A stretch of DNA of 32,000 nt, taken from Promethearchaeum syntrophicum. GTDB lineage: Archaea; Asgardarchaeota; Lokiarchaeia; Sigyniarchaeales; Promethearchaeaceae. Numbering within the stretch: position 1 is the stretch's first letter; every line of letters starts with the position of its first letter. Of this stretch, positions 29,468-32,000 are shown in pieces. Position numbers and translations under genes: made by a program. The stretch covers positions 3,660,001 through 3,692,000 of the forward strand of contig NZ_CP042905.2 in NCBI RefSeq assembly GCF_008000775.2. The letters are read 5' to 3'. Under the pieces are notes generated by a model, which saw nothing but the letters and a program-made list of their open reading frames with translations, did not search any database and had not been told where the DNA came from.

Positions 29468-29590
29468 GCCAGCGTGGCTTAGCGGCTATAGCGTCTGACT
29501 TGTAAATAATTTTATGGAAAACAACAACAACTTTTTCCTTCAAAATTACAAAGAAATCAGATGATCGAGAGTTCAAATCTCTCCGTTGGC
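29468..29590 (+). tRNA. tRNA-Thr (anticodon TGT) with a 51-nt intron at 37/38; exons 29468-29504 and 29556-29590
   Basis: Acceptor GCCAGCG/CGTTGGC (one G-T), D-stem GCT/AGC, anticodon stem TCTGA/TCAGA, loop CTTGTA|A, T-arm GAGAG-TTCAAAT-CTCTC. Intron 29505-29555. T discriminator at 29591. Confidence 0.9.
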
Positions 29591-30204
29591 TTTCTATTTT
29601 TAATAATGGAAGATATTGAGTTTAATTCTTTGGATATTATATTGTTTATAAAAGAATTGAGCGAATAATTTAATGGAATACCTTCATACATTCGATTTTT
29701 AAATTTAATATAGGGAAATTGCTTAATGTTGTCTAAATATTTTGCTGCTAGATCTCCAAAGAGAAACTCGTCAATCTTGTATTTTTCTTGTTTAGGAGAA
29801 CCAAAATAATCAATATCTTGTATTTTAAATGTTTTATATTGACGATATCGCTTTTGCATGATATTATAAGCTTTATCTAGGAGTTTACCAATTTGAACAT
29901 TTCGAAAATTTGGTTTTAGTTGACTAAATACCCCTAAATAGGATTTAAATAGAGAATTGATATAATTAGATCTACTAACAGGGAAAAAAATAAAAATAAT
30001 TAAAGGTTCTTCAATCTCTTCATATCTAGATAAATTTTCTTCAAGAATATCCGATTCAATAAGCTTGAATACAAACTCCAGTGAATTACGATCTAAAAAA
30101 GAGCAAAAAACCAGCATTACTATTGACTCGTATTCATTAGCCCTTTTTAATTCGTGTTCCTCATACCATTCTTCTAGAAGCATAATCTTATATTTTACCA
30201 TCAA
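29557..30204 (-). CDS. Hypothetical protein; 3' end overlaps tRNA-Thr exon 2 antisense
   Basis: 215 aa ORF without recognised motif (LEEWYEEHELKRANEYESIVMLVFCSF...). Large ORF in an AT-rich genome on the strand matching its neighbour. Confidence 0.65.
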   Translation of the reverse strand: MMVKYKIMLLEEWYEEHELKRANEYESIVMLVFCSFLDRNSLEFVFKLIESDILEENLSRYEEIEEPLIIFIFFPVSRSNYINSLFKSYLGVFSQLKPNFRNVQIGKLLDKAYNIMQKRYRQYKTFKIQDIDYFGSPKQEKYKIDEFLFGDLAAKYLDNIKQFPYIKFKNRMYEGIPLNYSLNSFINNIISKELNSISSIIKNRKPTERFELSII

Positions 30205-30553
30205 ATCAACACCATCTTCGATATTTAACCTTTTTTTTTCATATCCAACACCTTTATGATTTACTCATTTTCTAGATTTTTGTCGGTGATTATGGAGGAG
30301 GTTTTCAATTTCGTTCCCCATAAAAATTTAAATAATGAAAATTTTGAATAATAAATAAAATTCCGACAATAATTGTATTAATAATCTAACCAATATCTGT
30401 TGGAGTTTGAGATTTTATATGAATAATCACATTATTTGATCGTACTGTATTATCAAGCATAATTATCTTTAATTTGAGATAATAAAAATTACGAAAAAAA
30501 CTCTTGGACAACATAATTCCAAAAGAATAAACTTGGGATCCAGGATAAAGTTC

Positions 30554-31210
30554 TTACTCTAATTCATCTAAAATCGATTTGATATTTTCATGAATACTCG
30601 GATTTGTATATATCAAATTCATCCACAGAACCGATTCAAGAATTCTGTTTAACTCCAAGTAATCTATATCCTTAATTCTTTCCAATTTTTGAATTGGAAT
30701 AACACGTAGCATCTCCAGTAATGCACTTTCTTTCTTTATTATGAGATCAGACATTTTCTTAAAAAAAGGTGGAAAATCGATATCCTTACCTAGTAAAATC
30801 TCAAGAAAACAACTCATTCCTGTGCAATATTGTTGAAGAATTCCATGAACATCAGAATCCATTCGATTTTCTTCAGAAATGAATTTTTGATTCAAATAAA
30901 ACTTAGAAGAACGTATATATAAATTATAACTCGAGAGTTTCTGGTCAGGTTGCACAATAACCCTTTTACCTGCAAGATGAATTAAATTCTTTTTTGTGAG
31001 AAAATTTAAATAACGATATATTGTTTTTTTTGATTTCGAAATTGTGGAATTAGAGAAGATTTCAAGTATTTCTTCAACAGTTTTAGGGGAATTACGAAGA
31101 AAGGTAAAAATTTTTGAATAATGTTCATCCAAAAGGATATTTAATTCATCTTTGCTTAAGATTTGAACTGCTTTTTGCTTATAAGTTAGAACATCCTTAG
31201 TTGACTCCAT
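30554..31210 (-). CDS. Winged-helix/HTH (ArsR-like) putative transcriptional regulator
   Basis: Preferred start at 31210 (MESTKDVLTYKQKAVQILSKDELNILL); the ORF track extends to 31282. YSKIFTFLRNSPKTVEEILEIFS..SISKSKKTIYRYLNFLTKKNLIHLAGKRVIVQ-type wHTH followed by a helical C-terminus. Confidence 0.75.
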   Translation of the reverse strand: MESTKDVLTYKQKAVQILSKDELNILLDEHYSKIFTFLRNSPKTVEEILEIFSNSTISKSKKTIYRYLNFLTKKNLIHLAGKRVIVQPDQKLSSYNLYIRSSKFYLNQKFISEENRMDSDVHGILQQYCTGMSCFLEILLGKDIDFPPFFKKMSDLIIKKESALLEMLRVIPIQKLERIKDIDYLELNRILESVLWMNLIYTNPSIHENIKSILDELE

Positions 31211-31250
31211 AAAAAAACTTAAATGATCAATCAATTTATTTATTCTTATT

Positions 31251-32000
31251 ATGCAAGAATCATTCTCAAAAAATGAGAACACATCAAAAAAGAATTCTCC
31301 TTACTGGACACCTCAAAAACGATCAGATTTACTCGTTTTAATAAGGAACTTGATTAATCAAAAATATATTATTCCAGAGATCGCTAAAAAATTAGATGAA
31401 TATTTATCTTCCGCTGAAAATCTACGTCAATTTATAGAAATTCCAGACCCGATACTCTTTGCTCAAACTCTTACAGAAAAACTTCAAAGGGAGTCAAAAG
31501 ATTTTCATTTCTGGATAGAATATTCATCAACACCCAAAATTTCTTCCGGAGAACATAAAGATGAGAAAATTGAGACAGAAATTGAAAAGGATTTGTATTT
31601 TAACCTTCAAAAATATCGAAACGGAAATTTAATCGAAGTAAAACGATTACCCGGCAATATTGGCTATTTCCGTTTGGATGAATTTCCAGAAGTCGAATTG
31701 TTTGGTGAAACTTTTCTTGCTGGGATGCGTTTTCTAGAAAATACAGATGCGATAATTTTTGATGTAAGATATAACGGAGGCGGCAACGCTGATTTCGTAC
31801 AAATTATGGTGAGTTATTTCTTTGAGGGTGATCCAAAATTACTCTACCATTTTGAAGATACCGAAAGCACAGAAATAGTGCAGATGTGGACTTTACCTCT
31901 TGTTGGTGTAAAAAAGCAACCTAAAAAGATAATTTCAATTCTAACCAGTGGGAGGTCGGCATCAGGTGCTGAAGATTTTGCTTATACCATGCAATCTCAG
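31251..32000 (+). CDS. Peptidase S41-like (tail-specific/IRBP-type) protein, 3' truncated by the window edge
   Basis: Open frame from ATG 31251 to the edge (250 codons, not in the ORF track because it is incomplete): RSDLLVLIRNLINQKYIIPEIAKKLDEYL...RLPGNIGYFRLDEFPE...DAIIFDVRYNGGGNADFVQIMVSYFF...PKKIISILTSGRSASGAEDFAYTMQS, with the S41 GGG and SGRSASGAEDFAY catalytic Ser block. Confidence 0.88.
   Translation, partial: MQESFSKNENTSKKNSPYWTPQKRSDLLVLIRNLINQKYIIPEIAKKLDEYLSSAENLRQFIEIPDPILFAQTLTEKLQRESKDFHFWIEYSSTPKISSGEHKDEKIETEIEKDLYFNLQKYRNGNLIEVKRLPGNIGYFRLDEFPEVELFGETFLAGMRFLENTDAIIFDVRYNGGGNADFVQIMVSYFFEGDPKLLYHFEDTESTEIVQMWTLPLVGVKKQPKKIISILTSGRSASGAEDFAYTMQSQ

Noticed and set aside
29468-29590. 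Assignment as tRNA-Tyr(GTA), since GTA is also present in the loop
   Set aside because: The TCTGA/TCAGA anticodon stem fixes the loop as CTTGTA|A, placing TGT at 34-36; the GCC acceptor also fits Thr.

Overview
AT-rich window with archaeal gene content. The polymerase, the tRNA intron, the Ras-like GTPase and the SERCA-like ATPase together suggest an Asgard (Promethearchaeota) lineage; that assignment is inference. Main contents: the 5' end of the RNA polymerase A' gene (minus strand, left edge); a membrane protein; a DUF3795-like Cys-rich protein; a D-2-hydroxyacid dehydrogenase; two tandem paralogous giant surface proteins. One paralog (7695-13250) carries a longin-like and helical-repeat cytosolic tail. 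The other is split by an apparent one-base frameshift at 5594-5628 from a repeat-rich, membrane-anchored second half. Next come an ADP-forming acyl-CoA synthetase beta-type ATP-grasp protein, a Roadblock/LC7-small GTPase fusion, a SERCA-like Ca2+ P-type ATPase, a CinA-family protein, two coupled hypothetical genes, a soluble histidine kinase, a thiolase, an intein-containing family B DNA polymerase, a gingipain-like C25 peptidase, an intron-containing tRNA-Thr(TGT), a hypothetical gene overlapping that tRNA antisense, a winged-helix-like regulator, and a partial S41-like peptidase at the right edge. The most notable items are the minus-strand neighbourhood at 7.7-18.3 kb (Ca2+ pump, Roadblock-GTPase fusion, giant receptor-like protein with a predicted longin-like tail), a ~301 bp near-identical patch shared by the diverged paralogs (probable gene conversion), the split surface protein, the ~424 aa intein in polymerase motif B, and the 51-nt tRNA intron. 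No CRISPR array, rRNA or obvious phage module was seen.
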